Source of the DNA: Anaerolineales bacterium UBA832
Lineage (GTDB): Bacteria; Chloroflexota; Anaerolineae; Anaerolineales; UBA11657
Direction: 5' to 3'
DNA length: 51,635 nt
NCBI GenBank assembly: GCA_002296125.1
Contig: DBHI01000034.1
Location: 2,015-53,649 of the forward strand
In this document: in pieces, positions 20,466-29,378 of the stretch
How positions within the stretch are numbered: the first letter of the stretch is position 1
Layout: every line of letters begins with the position of its first letter
The notes under the pieces: generated by a model
The model's database searches: none
What the model was told of the DNA's origin: nothing
What the model saw: only the letters and a program-made list of their open reading frames with translations
Program-made: the position numbers and the translations under genes

Positions 20466-20531
20466 TTATTCAATTAATAGTAGATTGTTGTTCTTTTTAT
20501 TAATACACATGCAAAGATTCATTATTACCAT
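20466..20531 (-). CDS. Candidate leader peptide MVIMNLCMCINKKNNNLLLIE
   Basis: 21-aa ORF with Cys-Met-Cys (20505-20513) between the promoter and the leader hairpin of a cysteine biosynthesis operon. Confidence 0.5.
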   Translation of the reverse strand: MVIMNLCMCINKKNNNLLLIE

Positions 20532-20558
20532 AGTCTCACAATTATACAATCTAGCACA

Positions 20559-20609
20559 TACTAAATCATTGTTTAGTAGATATTATATGTTTGTGACGTC
20601 GTCTGTCAA
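20559..20609 (-). promoter_or_regulatory. Consensus promoter of cys operon with adjacent inverted repeat
   Basis: Minus strand TTGACA(20604-09)-N16-TATAAT(20582-87); TACTAAA-N6-TTTAGTA at 20559-20578. Confidence 0.6.
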
Positions 20610-20707
20610 CTATTTCTTTTAGTGCTTTTATATTTTGAGGTGTATTTTTTCTTAGACTATAATTGAAGTAATTATGCTAAAGTATACAAGAGCGTAGGAT
20701 TGTTTAT

Positions 20708-21493
20708 ATGGAAAATGATAATAATCCAGGATATGATGAAAATTTCAGTAGTAGTATGCGTGCAATAGTCAGGTATCTAGGAACTGTTTTATTAGTCGGG
20801 TGTCTGGTTGGTACTGCATTTACTTTATGGACACCTGCATCTATACTGAATCGTAATGTTTCACTTGATATTGCACGTGCTATGGCTACCAGGGTAGGTC
20901 GAAATGCAACTAGTGTTCCTCCTACTGCTACAATCGAGCCTAGAGAACTAATTGGTATAGTAGCAGGTCATAGTGGCAATGATTCAGGAGCAGTCTGTCC
21001 TGATGGTCTAACAGAAGTGGAGATAAATTTGGATGTTGCTAGTAGAGTTCAGGAAATGTTGTATCAAGCAGGTTATGCTGTGGATATTTTGGATGAATTT
21101 GATGATCGTTTGGATAACTATACAGCTAAAGCATTGGTATCTATACATGCTGATTCCTGTGAGTATATTAATGATCAAGCTACTGGCTACAAGGTGGCTA
21201 CATCACTTGAAACACAAATTCCAGTAGAGTCTAATAGACTTGTGAGTTGTCTTATCAGTCATTATGCAGAATCTACTGGTTTGAAATTTCATGCTGGTAG
21301 TATTACCTACGACATGGAGTATTATCATGCATTTCGTGAAATCAATGTGAATACTCCAGCAGCTATTATTGAAGTGGGTTTCATGAATCTTGATCGAGAT
21401 ATGTTGTCTAATAATGCTGACTTAGTTGCACTGGGTGTATCTAATGGCATTTTATGTTATGTGAATGATGAACCATTACTACAGATTGAATAG
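20708..21493 (+). CDS. Membrane-anchored N-acetylmuramoyl-L-alanine amidase (Amidase_3)
   Basis: N-terminal TM helix; AGH.G.D.GA...E, SIHAD, AAIIEVGF. Confidence 0.88.
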   Translation: MENDNNPGYDENFSSSMRAIVRYLGTVLLVGCLVGTAFTLWTPASILNRNVSLDIARAMATRVGRNATSVPPTATIEPRELIGIVAGHSGNDSGAVCPDGLTEVEINLDVASRVQEMLYQAGYAVDILDEFDDRLDNYTAKALVSIHADSCEYINDQATGYKVATSLETQIPVESNRLVSCLISHYAESTGLKFHAGSITYDMEYYHAFREINVNTPAAIIEVGFMNLDRDMLSNNADLVALGVSNGILCYVNDEPLLQIE

Positions 21494-21635
21494 GAGCACT
21501 ATATGATCTAGGAATATGTTCATATGATAAAATTTACTGCGCATATGAATGTAAACAAATTTTTTATGATTAGTTAGTATTAATTGTGATATGTACAAGA
21601 GAGTTTTATAGTATGAGTGTTCGTGAGGTGTAACA

Positions 21636-22964
21636 ATGTTAATTGTCAATGGTCAAGTAGTAGTGTGGGGTGATGAAGGGACAATAATTTCAGATGGAGC
21701 AGTATTAATTGAAGGGGATCGTATAGCTGCAATTGGTACTACGGCTGATTTACTTAAGAAATATCCTACCAATGAAGTTATTGATGCGAATGGCGGATTA
21801 ATAATGCCGGGTAACATTTGTGCTCACACACATTTTTATGGCGCATTTGCTCGTGGATTAGCAATACCTGGGGATGCACCGAAGAATTTTCCTGAAATAT
21901 TAGAAAGATTGTGGTGGAAACTGGATCAATGTCTAACATTAGACGCTATTAAGTACAGTGCTTTGGTTTGTCTTGTGGATGCTATCAAACAAGGTACTAC
22001 TACTTTGATTGATCATCATGCTAGCGCTACTTGTGTCGAGGGTTCATTAGATGTGATCAGTCAGTCAGTTAAAGAGTCAGGTCTACGTGGCGTTTTATGT
22101 TATGAGGTTTCCGATAGACATGGTATGGATTATGCTAAAGAAGGTATTATGGAGAATGTACGTTTTATTGAAAAATTAAAAGGACAACCAGAAAATCGTC
22201 TTAGAGGAATGTTTGGTTTGCATGCATCTATGACTTTAAGTGATGATACTTTGGCAACCTGTGTTGATGCAATACCTGATGGGGCTGGTTTTCACATACA
22301 TGTGGCTGAACATCAATCCGACCAGACAAATAGTCAGAGGGTTTCTGGAGTTAGGGTAGTTGAAAGATTACATAAATTCGGCATACTGAATCAGAATACT
22401 ATAGCAGCTCATTGTGTGCATCTTGACAATCATGAGATTAGTTTATTGTCTGAAACTGGTGCTTGGGTGACTCATCAACCTAGATCAAATATGAACAATG
22501 GAGTAGGAGTAGCGGATGTAGAATCACTAATAAAAAATGGTATTCAGGTTGGTTTAGGGAATGATGGTTTTTCGAACAATATGTGGTCAGAATGGCAAAC
22601 TGCTTATTTGCTACATAAAGTATCAAGTTTGGATCCAAGAAAAGTACAAGGTGATTTAATTGTTGATATGGGAATCAATAATAACTCCTCTCTGGCAAGT
22701 CAGTTGTTCAATGATATACCTCTTGGTGTAATGGAAGTAGGAGGTTTTGCTGATATTATCATAGTTGATTATTTGTCTACAACACCATTAAGTTATGAGA
22801 ACTTGCCGTGGCATATTATTTTTGGATTTGAGTCAGGTTTGGTCAATTCAACTATTTGTGCGGGAAAGGTTTTGATGAAGAATCGTGAACTTATGTTTTT
22901 GGATGAAGTAGAGATTTTTGAACGTAGTAGAGAGTTAGCTAAGACAGTATGGGATAAGTTTTAA
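21636..22964 (+). CDS. ssnA: SsnA-like amidohydrolase
   Basis: MPG.ICAHTHFYGAFARG, LWWKLD, GTTT.IDHHAS, GLHAS.T, HIHVAE, AHCVH, PRSNMNNGVG, G.D. Confidence 0.88.
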   Translation: MLIVNGQVVVWGDEGTIISDGAVLIEGDRIAAIGTTADLLKKYPTNEVIDANGGLIMPGNICAHTHFYGAFARGLAIPGDAPKNFPEILERLWWKLDQCLTLDAIKYSALVCLVDAIKQGTTTLIDHHASATCVEGSLDVISQSVKESGLRGVLCYEVSDRHGMDYAKEGIMENVRFIEKLKGQPENRLRGMFGLHASMTLSDDTLATCVDAIPDGAGFHIHVAEHQSDQTNSQRVSGVRVVERLHKFGILNQNTIAAHCVHLDNHEISLLSETGAWVTHQPRSNMNNGVGVADVESLIKNGIQVGLGNDGFSNNMWSEWQTAYLLHKVSSLDPRKVQGDLIVDMGINNNSSLASQLFNDIPLGVMEVGGFADIIIVDYLSTTPLSYENLPWHIIFGFESGLVNSTICAGKVLMKNRELMFLDEVEIFERSRELAKTVWDKF

Positions 22965-22989
22965 GTATAAAAATAGGAAAATATTTATT

Positions 22990-23658
22990 ATGTTACCTTT
23001 GATATCAGTTATTGGTGGAACAGGAGCAGAGGGTAGTGGATTGGCATTGCGTTGGGCTTTTGCTGGTTACTCCGTTTGCATTGGTTCACGTACATTGGAG
23101 AAGGCTATGTCTAAAGTGGATGAATTGAAAAGCGATTTTCCAGATGTAGCAGATTTTTTGACGGGTCAAGATAATTATAGTGCATGTCAGACATGTGATA
23201 TTGCTGTGTTAGCAGTGCCCTATAGTGCACATGCAAATACCTTGTTGGAAATGAAAGAGAATTTAAGAGGTAAAATATTAGTAGACGTTACAGTACCTCT
23301 TAATCCTCCAAATGTGGATAGGGTATATTTGCCTGAAGGAGGTTCTGCTGGCTTGGAGGCACAGGTAGTTTTAGGCTCAGAGGTTAAAGTTGTATCCGCA
23401 TTTCAGAACATTGCTGCGGGTCATTTGCAGGATCCAAATGCTGATATTGATTGTGATGTATTGGTATGTGGCAATGATTCTGATGCTTGTGATAAAGTTG
23501 TAGAACTAGTAAAGGCTGCTGGAATGAATGGTTATAATGCTGGTTTATTAGATAATTCTGTAGCAGTTGAAGCTTTGACTCCAGTTCTCATTAGTTTGAA
23601 CAAGCAGTATAGAGTTAGGAATGCAGGAATAAAAATTGTTGGTATTGGTAATACCTGA
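22990..23658 (+). CDS. npdG: NADPH-dependent F420 reductase (Fno)
   Basis: IGGTG.EG.GLALRWA, IGSR, LAVP, VDVTVPL, VVSAFQNI, VEALT.VL..LN. Confidence 0.94.
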   Translation: MLPLISVIGGTGAEGSGLALRWAFAGYSVCIGSRTLEKAMSKVDELKSDFPDVADFLTGQDNYSACQTCDIAVLAVPYSAHANTLLEMKENLRGKILVDVTVPLNPPNVDRVYLPEGGSAGLEAQVVLGSEVKVVSAFQNIAAGHLQDPNADIDCDVLVCGNDSDACDKVVELVKAAGMNGYNAGLLDNSVAVEALTPVLISLNKQYRVRNAGIKIVGIGNT

Positions 23659-23712
23659 TATGTGTTTATGTTTATTCTACCTTGTCGATTAATTAGATAG
23701 TCTTTGTTACAA

Positions 23713-24486
23713 ATGAATAATAGTCATAGACTTTCTTTAACAGCTTTGATTGATATTCCATGTATCAGTCCTGGTGATGATATTCAAAACATTATTGAAG
23801 TTGGCTTGAATAAAACCGGTATTCAGTTAGAGAGTGGTGATGTTATTGTGGTAACACATAAAATAGTCTCTAAGTTAGAGAATAGATATGTTGACTTAAG
23901 AAATATTATTCCTACAAAACTTGCCTTGGATTTGTCTGAAGAAGTTGACAAGGATCCTAGATTAGTAGAGTTAATATTGTCAGAATCTGTAGGTGTTGTA
24001 GCGAAGAAAAAAGGAGTGCTGATTACTGAACACCGTCTAGGATTTGTACTTGCTAATGCTGGAATAGATGCATCAAATATTCATCAGAATAAAAACAATG
24101 ATCATGTTTTGTTGTTACCTATTGATCCCGATGAAACATGTAAAATAGTGAGACAAGGATTAGAGTTGATGCATGATGTCGAAATTGCTGTTGTGATTAA
24201 TGATAGTCATGGTCGTGCTTGGCGCAACGGAACAGTAGGTGTAGCTTTAGGTTCTTCAGGTTTGCCGGCATTATTAGATCTTAGAGGTAGTCAGGATATC
24301 TTTGGAAGAGAACTAAAAGTAACCGAGGTTGGTTGGGCAGATGAGTTGGCAGCAGCAGCTTCGCTTTTGATGGGACAAGGTAGTGAGATGAGGCCAATCA
24401 TACATATTCGAGGTCTGTCATGGGCAGGCAGTAATGGCAATGCTTTTGATCTGATTAGAAAAAAAGATGAAGATTTATTTAGATAA
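23713..24486 (+). CDS. cofE: Coenzyme F420-0:L-glutamate ligase
   Basis: PGDD, KIVSK.E, KDPRLVELIL.ES, ANAGIDASN, DSHGRAWR.G, DELAAAA. Confidence 0.95.
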   Translation: MNNSHRLSLTALIDIPCISPGDDIQNIIEVGLNKTGIQLESGDVIVVTHKIVSKLENRYVDLRNIIPTKLALDLSEEVDKDPRLVELILSESVGVVAKKKGVLITEHRLGFVLANAGIDASNIHQNKNNDHVLLLPIDPDETCKIVRQGLELMHDVEIAVVINDSHGRAWRNGTVGVALGSSGLPALLDLRGSQDIFGRELKVTEVGWADELAAAASLLMGQGSEMRPIIHIRGLSWAGSNGNAFDLIRKKDEDLFR

Positions 24487-24500
24487 TTAATATAGTAAAT

Positions 24501-24893
24501 ATGATTATTCCGCATAGATATAAGGATTTATTGTCTTATGAAAAAAAAGCTTTTGCTAATTTGGCATTAGTACTTAAAGATGGAGATCCTCATGTTACAC
24601 CATTGTGGTTTGATTTTGATGGCAAATATATTCTAATAAATAGTGCTGTTGGTAGAGTGAAGGACAAAGTGATGCGACGTACTAAATCAGTGGCATTATC
24701 AATTTCTGACCCAGATAATCCGTATCGTTATATTCAGATCAGGGGAAAAGTTGTGACAATTACTGAGAAAAAGGCCCGAGAATTTATTGATCATCTGTCA
24801 ATGAAATATACTGGTGAACTTTATATAGGATATGCAGGTGAAACAAGAGTCACTTATAAAATTCTTCCAAAATTGATTTCTTATATGGGCTAA
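24501..24893 (+). CDS. PPOX-class (split beta-barrel) probable F420-dependent oxidoreductase
   Basis: A.LA....DG.P.VTPLWFD, GRVK, DPDNPYRYIQIRG. Confidence 0.88.
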   Translation: MIIPHRYKDLLSYEKKAFANLALVLKDGDPHVTPLWFDFDGKYILINSAVGRVKDKVMRRTKSVALSISDPDNPYRYIQIRGKVVTITEKKAREFIDHLSMKYTGELYIGYAGETRVTYKILPKLISYMG

Positions 24894-24953
24894 TGATTTG
24901 TCGTTTGACATTTTGATTGTGTCTGATTAAATGAAGTGAACTAATTTAGAACA

Positions 24954-26111
24954 GTGATGAAAAAAACCTTTAAAATAATATTTAAGTCACTATTATTTTT
25001 ACCCTTTTTTTTCGCTTTAATACATCAATCTGACTCAGTTAGTGTGGTTAATACTTTTATATTACCGTATTCTATTAACTGGTTGATAGGTGTAGTTTTG
25101 CCATCATTAGTTTTGTCAATTATTTTATATGTATTAGTCAATACAAGATTGAGAGATTGGGCTATTAGCATTATGAATGGTGGTCCATATTTATCAATTT
25201 TGATATTCATGCTATTTGTATGGTTATTTGTAACTGTAGAAGTTGGCTTACGTTCTTTTTATGCCAAACATACACCATCACCATTTCATGTAGGAATGAA
25301 TTATTTGGGTTATAGGGGTTCAGTGATATCGTTGTTTAAGTCTGAAAATGATATTTATGTAGCTGCAATAGGAGGTAGTACAACATATGGTAATGGAGTT
25401 GATTGGTGGGATGCATGGCCAGCATATACAGAAGATAGGTTGAATGCTCAATATAATATTTTGAATCATAAAAGATTTCATATAGCAAATTTAGGCTTAG
25501 AGGCAGCTGGCCTGGATTGCGGCATTCGTCGTTTTGAGCATTTTGATAGAATGTATGATTTTGATGTTTTAGTTATTCATGCGGGCTATAATGGTTTGGG
25601 TGATTGGTGTCAATTGTGGTTGCCAATAAATACTAGATTGAGAGATGTATCTCTGTTATTCTATATGGTTTTGGACTTTGTAGAGCAACAAGAATGGTAT
25701 ACAAGAAATAGTTTTTGGAATCTAAATATTACCAAAGACGATGAAGACTGGATTCAAAGGGATACAAACTCTGAGTTTATCAATGTATATTTAGAATTTG
25801 TTTCAGAAGTTTTGAGCCGTGGAATTAAAGTTGTTTCTATTTTGCAACCAGGTTTATCGGGTACTTCATCAGGAGATGAATTAAAACATCACCAAAATAT
25901 CGATGAACTCAAATTGACACTTGCAGTGCGAGCAGATGATTTAGGATTGCGTTTGGTAGAGGAATTCAATCATTTAGATGATTTTGTTATCATTGATTTG
26001 ACAGATGTGCCGGATAAATACAAATTCGATTCTGTTCATTTGAATGCTAATGGTAATAAATATATATCCGAATTTATTGCTTCTAGTATTTCAAATGTTA
26101 TAAGCAAATAA
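24954..26111 (+). CDS. Membrane-anchored SGNH/GDSL hydrolase-fold protein
   Basis: 3 N-terminal TM segments; GGSTTYG (block I), NLG, HAGYN (block III), D.VHLN..GN (block V). Confidence 0.8.
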   Translation: MMKKTFKIIFKSLLFLPFFFALIHQSDSVSVVNTFILPYSINWLIGVVLPSLVLSIILYVLVNTRLRDWAISIMNGGPYLSILIFMLFVWLFVTVEVGLRSFYAKHTPSPFHVGMNYLGYRGSVISLFKSENDIYVAAIGGSTTYGNGVDWWDAWPAYTEDRLNAQYNILNHKRFHIANLGLEAAGLDCGIRRFEHFDRMYDFDVLVIHAGYNGLGDWCQLWLPINTRLRDVSLLFYMVLDFVEQQEWYTRNSFWNLNITKDDEDWIQRDTNSEFINVYLEFVSEVLSRGIKVVSILQPGLSGTSSGDELKHHQNIDELKLTLAVRADDLGLRLVEEFNHLDDFVIIDLTDVPDKYKFDSVHLNANGNKYISEFIASSISNVISK

Positions 26112-26152
26112 ATTAGTGTACTAGAATATTTGTGATATATATATATATCATT

Positions 26153-26764
26153 ATGAGTAAGGTATTTTTGATAGAAAATAATTTAAAGTCAAGACGGTCA
26201 ATTAGACGGTACTTAACTGATTCAGTATGTAATAAGATCTTGTTTAGACTACTGGAATCTGCCACATGGGCTCCCTCTTCACATAATAGACAGCCTTGGA
26301 GATTTGTTGTTATAAAACAGAATAGTAAAAAAGAAGATTTAGCTTATGCAATGGGTGATAGATTGCGTGCAGATCGTTCCAAAGATGGTGACAATATGGA
26401 GATTATAGAAAAAGATGTTACTAGATCTATAAATCTTATAGTAAATTCACCAGTTGTAATAATAGTCTGTTACAGTATGATTGATATGGATAAGTATTCT
26501 GATGAATCTAGATCTTATGCGGAGAAGATTATGGCAATACAGAGTACAGCTATGGCAGTTCAGAATTTGATGTTGGCTGCTCATGCTGAAGGCTTATCGA
26601 CATGTTGGAGGTGTGCTCCATTATTTTGTGCTGATACTGTTGTTAATATACTAGATTTGCCTGAAGATTGGAATCCACAAGCTCTAATTACAATGGGATA
26701 TCCGAATGAAACTCCCAAAGTTCCTACTCGCTTAAATTTATCTGAGGTAACTGAATGGATGTAG
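26153..26764 (+). CDS. Stand-alone nitroreductase, FbiB C-terminal/FbiE-like dehydro-F420 reductase
   Basis: RRSIRRY, APSSHNRQPWRF, DL/DR..DG, AVQNLMLAAHAEGL..CW.CAPLFC; context between cofE and cofD. Confidence 0.85.
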   Translation: MSKVFLIENNLKSRRSIRRYLTDSVCNKILFRLLESATWAPSSHNRQPWRFVVIKQNSKKEDLAYAMGDRLRADRSKDGDNMEIIEKDVTRSINLIVNSPVVIIVCYSMIDMDKYSDESRSYAEKIMAIQSTAMAVQNLMLAAHAEGLSTCWRCAPLFCADTVVNILDLPEDWNPQALITMGYPNETPKVPTRLNLSEVTEWM

Positions 26765-27717
26765 GATCATATGTAGCATTTGCAGGTGGAGTAGGCGGTG
26801 CTAAGATGGTTCAAGGAATGTCAGGTGTACTTCGAGATGAGCAGTTAAAAGTTGTAGTAAATACTGCTGATGATTTTGAGCATTTAGGATTATATATATG
26901 TCCAGATTTGGATACAATAATGTATACATTATGTAATTTACATAATGTTAAGACAGGTTGGGGTTTAGACAATGAAACCTGGAATTTTATGCAATCTTTG
27001 TCTAATCTAGGTGGTACTACTTGGTTCAGTTTGGGTGACCATGATCTTGCTACTCATGTGGAACGAACAAATCGATTAAATTTAGGAGATACTTTAACTG
27101 AAATTACAGCTGATCTTGCTAGCAAATTAGGTACATCTATTTGTATTATTCCTATGAGCAATGATCCTGTACGGACTGTTGTTCATACTAAAGATGGTCC
27201 AATTGCTTTTCAAGATTATTTCGTGCGTCTTGCATGTGAACCAGTAATAAATAGAATTTGTTTTGAAGGTATAGAAAAAGCATTATTTAATCCATTGGCT
27301 ACAAATGAATTAAATTCCAATAGCTTGAAAGCAGTGATAATATGTCCTTCTAATCCATATGTGAGTATTAATCCGATTCTATCGTTAAAAAGTGTTCGAG
27401 AAACTTTGTCTCGAGTTAAAGTACCTATTATTGCTGTTTCCCCTATAATAAAAGGCAGAGCAATTAAGGGTCCTGCTGCAAAAATGATGAATGAATTAGG
27501 TTATGAACCGTCTTCATCAGTGGTTGCTAAAGAGTATTGTGACATTATTGATGGTTTTGTTATTGATAATACAGATATTGATGTAGTTGACTGTATTCAA
27601 GAGATGGGTATATCTGTGTTGGTTACGAATACAATTATGAATTCTATAGAAGATAAAAAACAGTTGGCGCAAGATGTTATTGAGTTTGCTGGTGATATGA
27701 TGATAAAGGGTGTTTAA
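26755..27717 (+). CDS. cofD: 2-phospho-L-lactate/PEP transferase (CofD/FbiA)
   Basis: GGVGGAK, VNTADD, PDLDT, WFSLGD.DLATH, FQDYFV, PSNP.VSI.PI, KGPA.KMM. Confidence 0.96.
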   Translation: MDVGSYVAFAGGVGGAKMVQGMSGVLRDEQLKVVVNTADDFEHLGLYICPDLDTIMYTLCNLHNVKTGWGLDNETWNFMQSLSNLGGTTWFSLGDHDLATHVERTNRLNLGDTLTEITADLASKLGTSICIIPMSNDPVRTVVHTKDGPIAFQDYFVRLACEPVINRICFEGIEKALFNPLATNELNSNSLKAVIICPSNPYVSINPILSLKSVRETLSRVKVPIIAVSPIIKGRAIKGPAAKMMNELGYEPSSSVVAKEYCDIIDGFVIDNTDIDVVDCIQEMGISVLVTNTIMNSIEDKKQLAQDVIEFAGDMMIKGV

Positions 27718-27720
27718 TTT

Positions 27721-28341
27721 ATGTCTAATTGGGCGATTGTTCCTGTGAAAGAGATCAGTTCTAGTAAGAGCCGTTTGTCTACTGTTCTTGCTGATATTGA
27801 TAGAGAGACGCTTGTAATTGATTTATTTATTAGAACATTGTCCGTATTGCAGATTGTCAATTCAATAGAGAAAACTATAGTAATTAGTCGTGATAGTGAT
27901 ATGCTTGATTTAGCTACTAAAAGTGAAGCGTTAGCAATCAGAGAAAATGATAATTCTGATTTGAATAGTGCAATTCAACAAGCAACTTTTGATGCAATTT
28001 CTTTTGGATCTACAGGAATATTGGTTCTTCCTGCTGATTTACCTTTGTTGTCTGTGGATGATGTTAATAATATGACTGATTATGAAAAATTGGACAAAAT
28101 ATTAATGATTGTGCCAGATAGGCATGGGATTGGTACTAATGCTCTGTTTGTTAAGCCACCAGGTTTTTTGAAATATCAATTTGGTGTTAATAGTTTTGTG
28201 TCTCATAAACGTGAAGCACAACGTATGAAAGCAGAATTATTCATTAATCATTATCCTAACGTTGAATTTGATATTGATTCTCCAGATGATTTGAGACGAT
28301 TAAGTGAGATGGACTTTTCTTTACACAATGAGGAGGTATAA
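27721..28341 (+). CDS. cofC: 2-phospho-L-lactate/PEP guanylyltransferase (CofC/FbiD)
   Basis: IVPVK...KSRL, DLN.A, PADLP, PDRHG.GTNAL, FG.NSF..H, DID.PDDL. Confidence 0.95.
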   Translation: MSNWAIVPVKEISSSKSRLSTVLADIDRETLVIDLFIRTLSVLQIVNSIEKTIVISRDSDMLDLATKSEALAIRENDNSDLNSAIQQATFDAISFGSTGILVLPADLPLLSVDDVNNMTDYEKLDKILMIVPDRHGIGTNALFVKPPGFLKYQFGVNSFVSHKREAQRMKAELFINHYPNVEFDIDSPDDLRRLSEMDFSLHNEEV

Positions 28342-28345
28342 GTTT

Positions 28346-29341
28346 ATGGATAGAGTAGCGCTTTATTTACAAGATGCACATTCTTTAGATGATGGAATCA
28401 AATTTGCTAAATACGCAGAGCAAAAGGGTTTTGAGGCTGTGTGGCAAGCAGAAAGTAGATTGGTGCGCGATGCTATAGTACCTATGGCTGCTTTTGCTGC
28501 TCACACAACTAAATTAAAAGTTGGCTCCGGTGTCATCAATAATTGGACTCGTAACATTGGATTATTAGCTTCAACATTGTTGACATTAGATGATCTTGCT
28601 CCTGATAGAATTATTTGTGGGATAGGAGCTTGGTGGGATCCTTTAGCAGCGAATGTTGGAATTACTCGTCGAAAACCTTTATCAGCAATGCGGGAGACTG
28701 TAGAGGTTTTGCGTAAATTATTGTCTTTACAAAATGTTACTCATTCTGGTGAATTTCATCAATTAGATGGTGTTGAACTTGATGTTATACATGGTCGTAC
28801 CGAAGCTAGGAATGTACCAATATATATTGGTGCTACAGGCCCCAAAATGATGGAACTTACTGGTGAAATTGCAGATGGTGTAGTACTAAATTATTGCGTT
28901 CCACCTGAATATAATGATAAAGCAATGCAGCAATTAGAAGATGGTGCAAAGCGTTCTGGTCGTGATATTAGTGAGATAGATCGACCACAATTAATAGTAT
29001 GTTCCGTACATGAGGATCGGGCAAAGGCTATAGAAGGAGCCAAAACATTGTTGACTCAGTATTTGGCTCAGCAACCGCATATTGCTCAGGCATCAGGTGT
29101 ATCTTCTGATATTGTTGATAAGGTTCAGAAAATATTGGGTTGGCCTGCCAGTAAGGATCAAATTATAGAAGCTATGAAATATGTACCTGATGAATTTGTT
29201 CTAAGTATTAGCGCTACTGGTACACCAGATGAAGCTCGAGCACGTGTAGCAGAATACGTTAAAAGAGGATGTACTTGTCCTATTCTATACCCATTAGGAG
29301 ATCCTTATTTGATGATGGACGCATTTGCACCAAGTAATTAG
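28346..29341 (+). CDS. Luciferase-like (LLM) flavin/F420-dependent oxidoreductase
   Basis: [44 protein letters not shown]; AGGAGG SD before ATG 28346. Confidence 0.9.
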   Translation: MDRVALYLQDAHSLDDGIKFAKYAEQKGFEAVWQAESRLVRDAIVPMAAFAAHTTKLKVGSGVINNWTRNIGLLASTLLTLDDLAPDRIICGIGAWWDPLAANVGITRRKPLSAMRETVEVLRKLLSLQNVTHSGEFHQLDGVELDVIHGRTEARNVPIYIGATGPKMMELTGEIADGVVLNYCVPPEYNDKAMQQLEDGAKRSGRDISEIDRPQLIVCSVHEDRAKAIEGAKTLLTQYLAQQPHIAQASGVSSDIVDKVQKILGWPASKDQIIEAMKYVPDEFVLSISATGTPDEARARVAEYVKRGCTCPILYPLGDPYLMMDAFAPSN

Positions 29342-29378
29342 ATCGAATGTCATAGGGTAGTACTTTCAAAAGGTGAAG

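Noticed and set aside
21516-21552. Hairpin TTCATATG...CATATGAA after the amidase gene
   Set aside because: AT-rich stem with a long loop and no immediately adjacent U-tract; too weak to call as a terminator or riboswitch, and no purine riboswitch consensus is seen upstream of ssnA.
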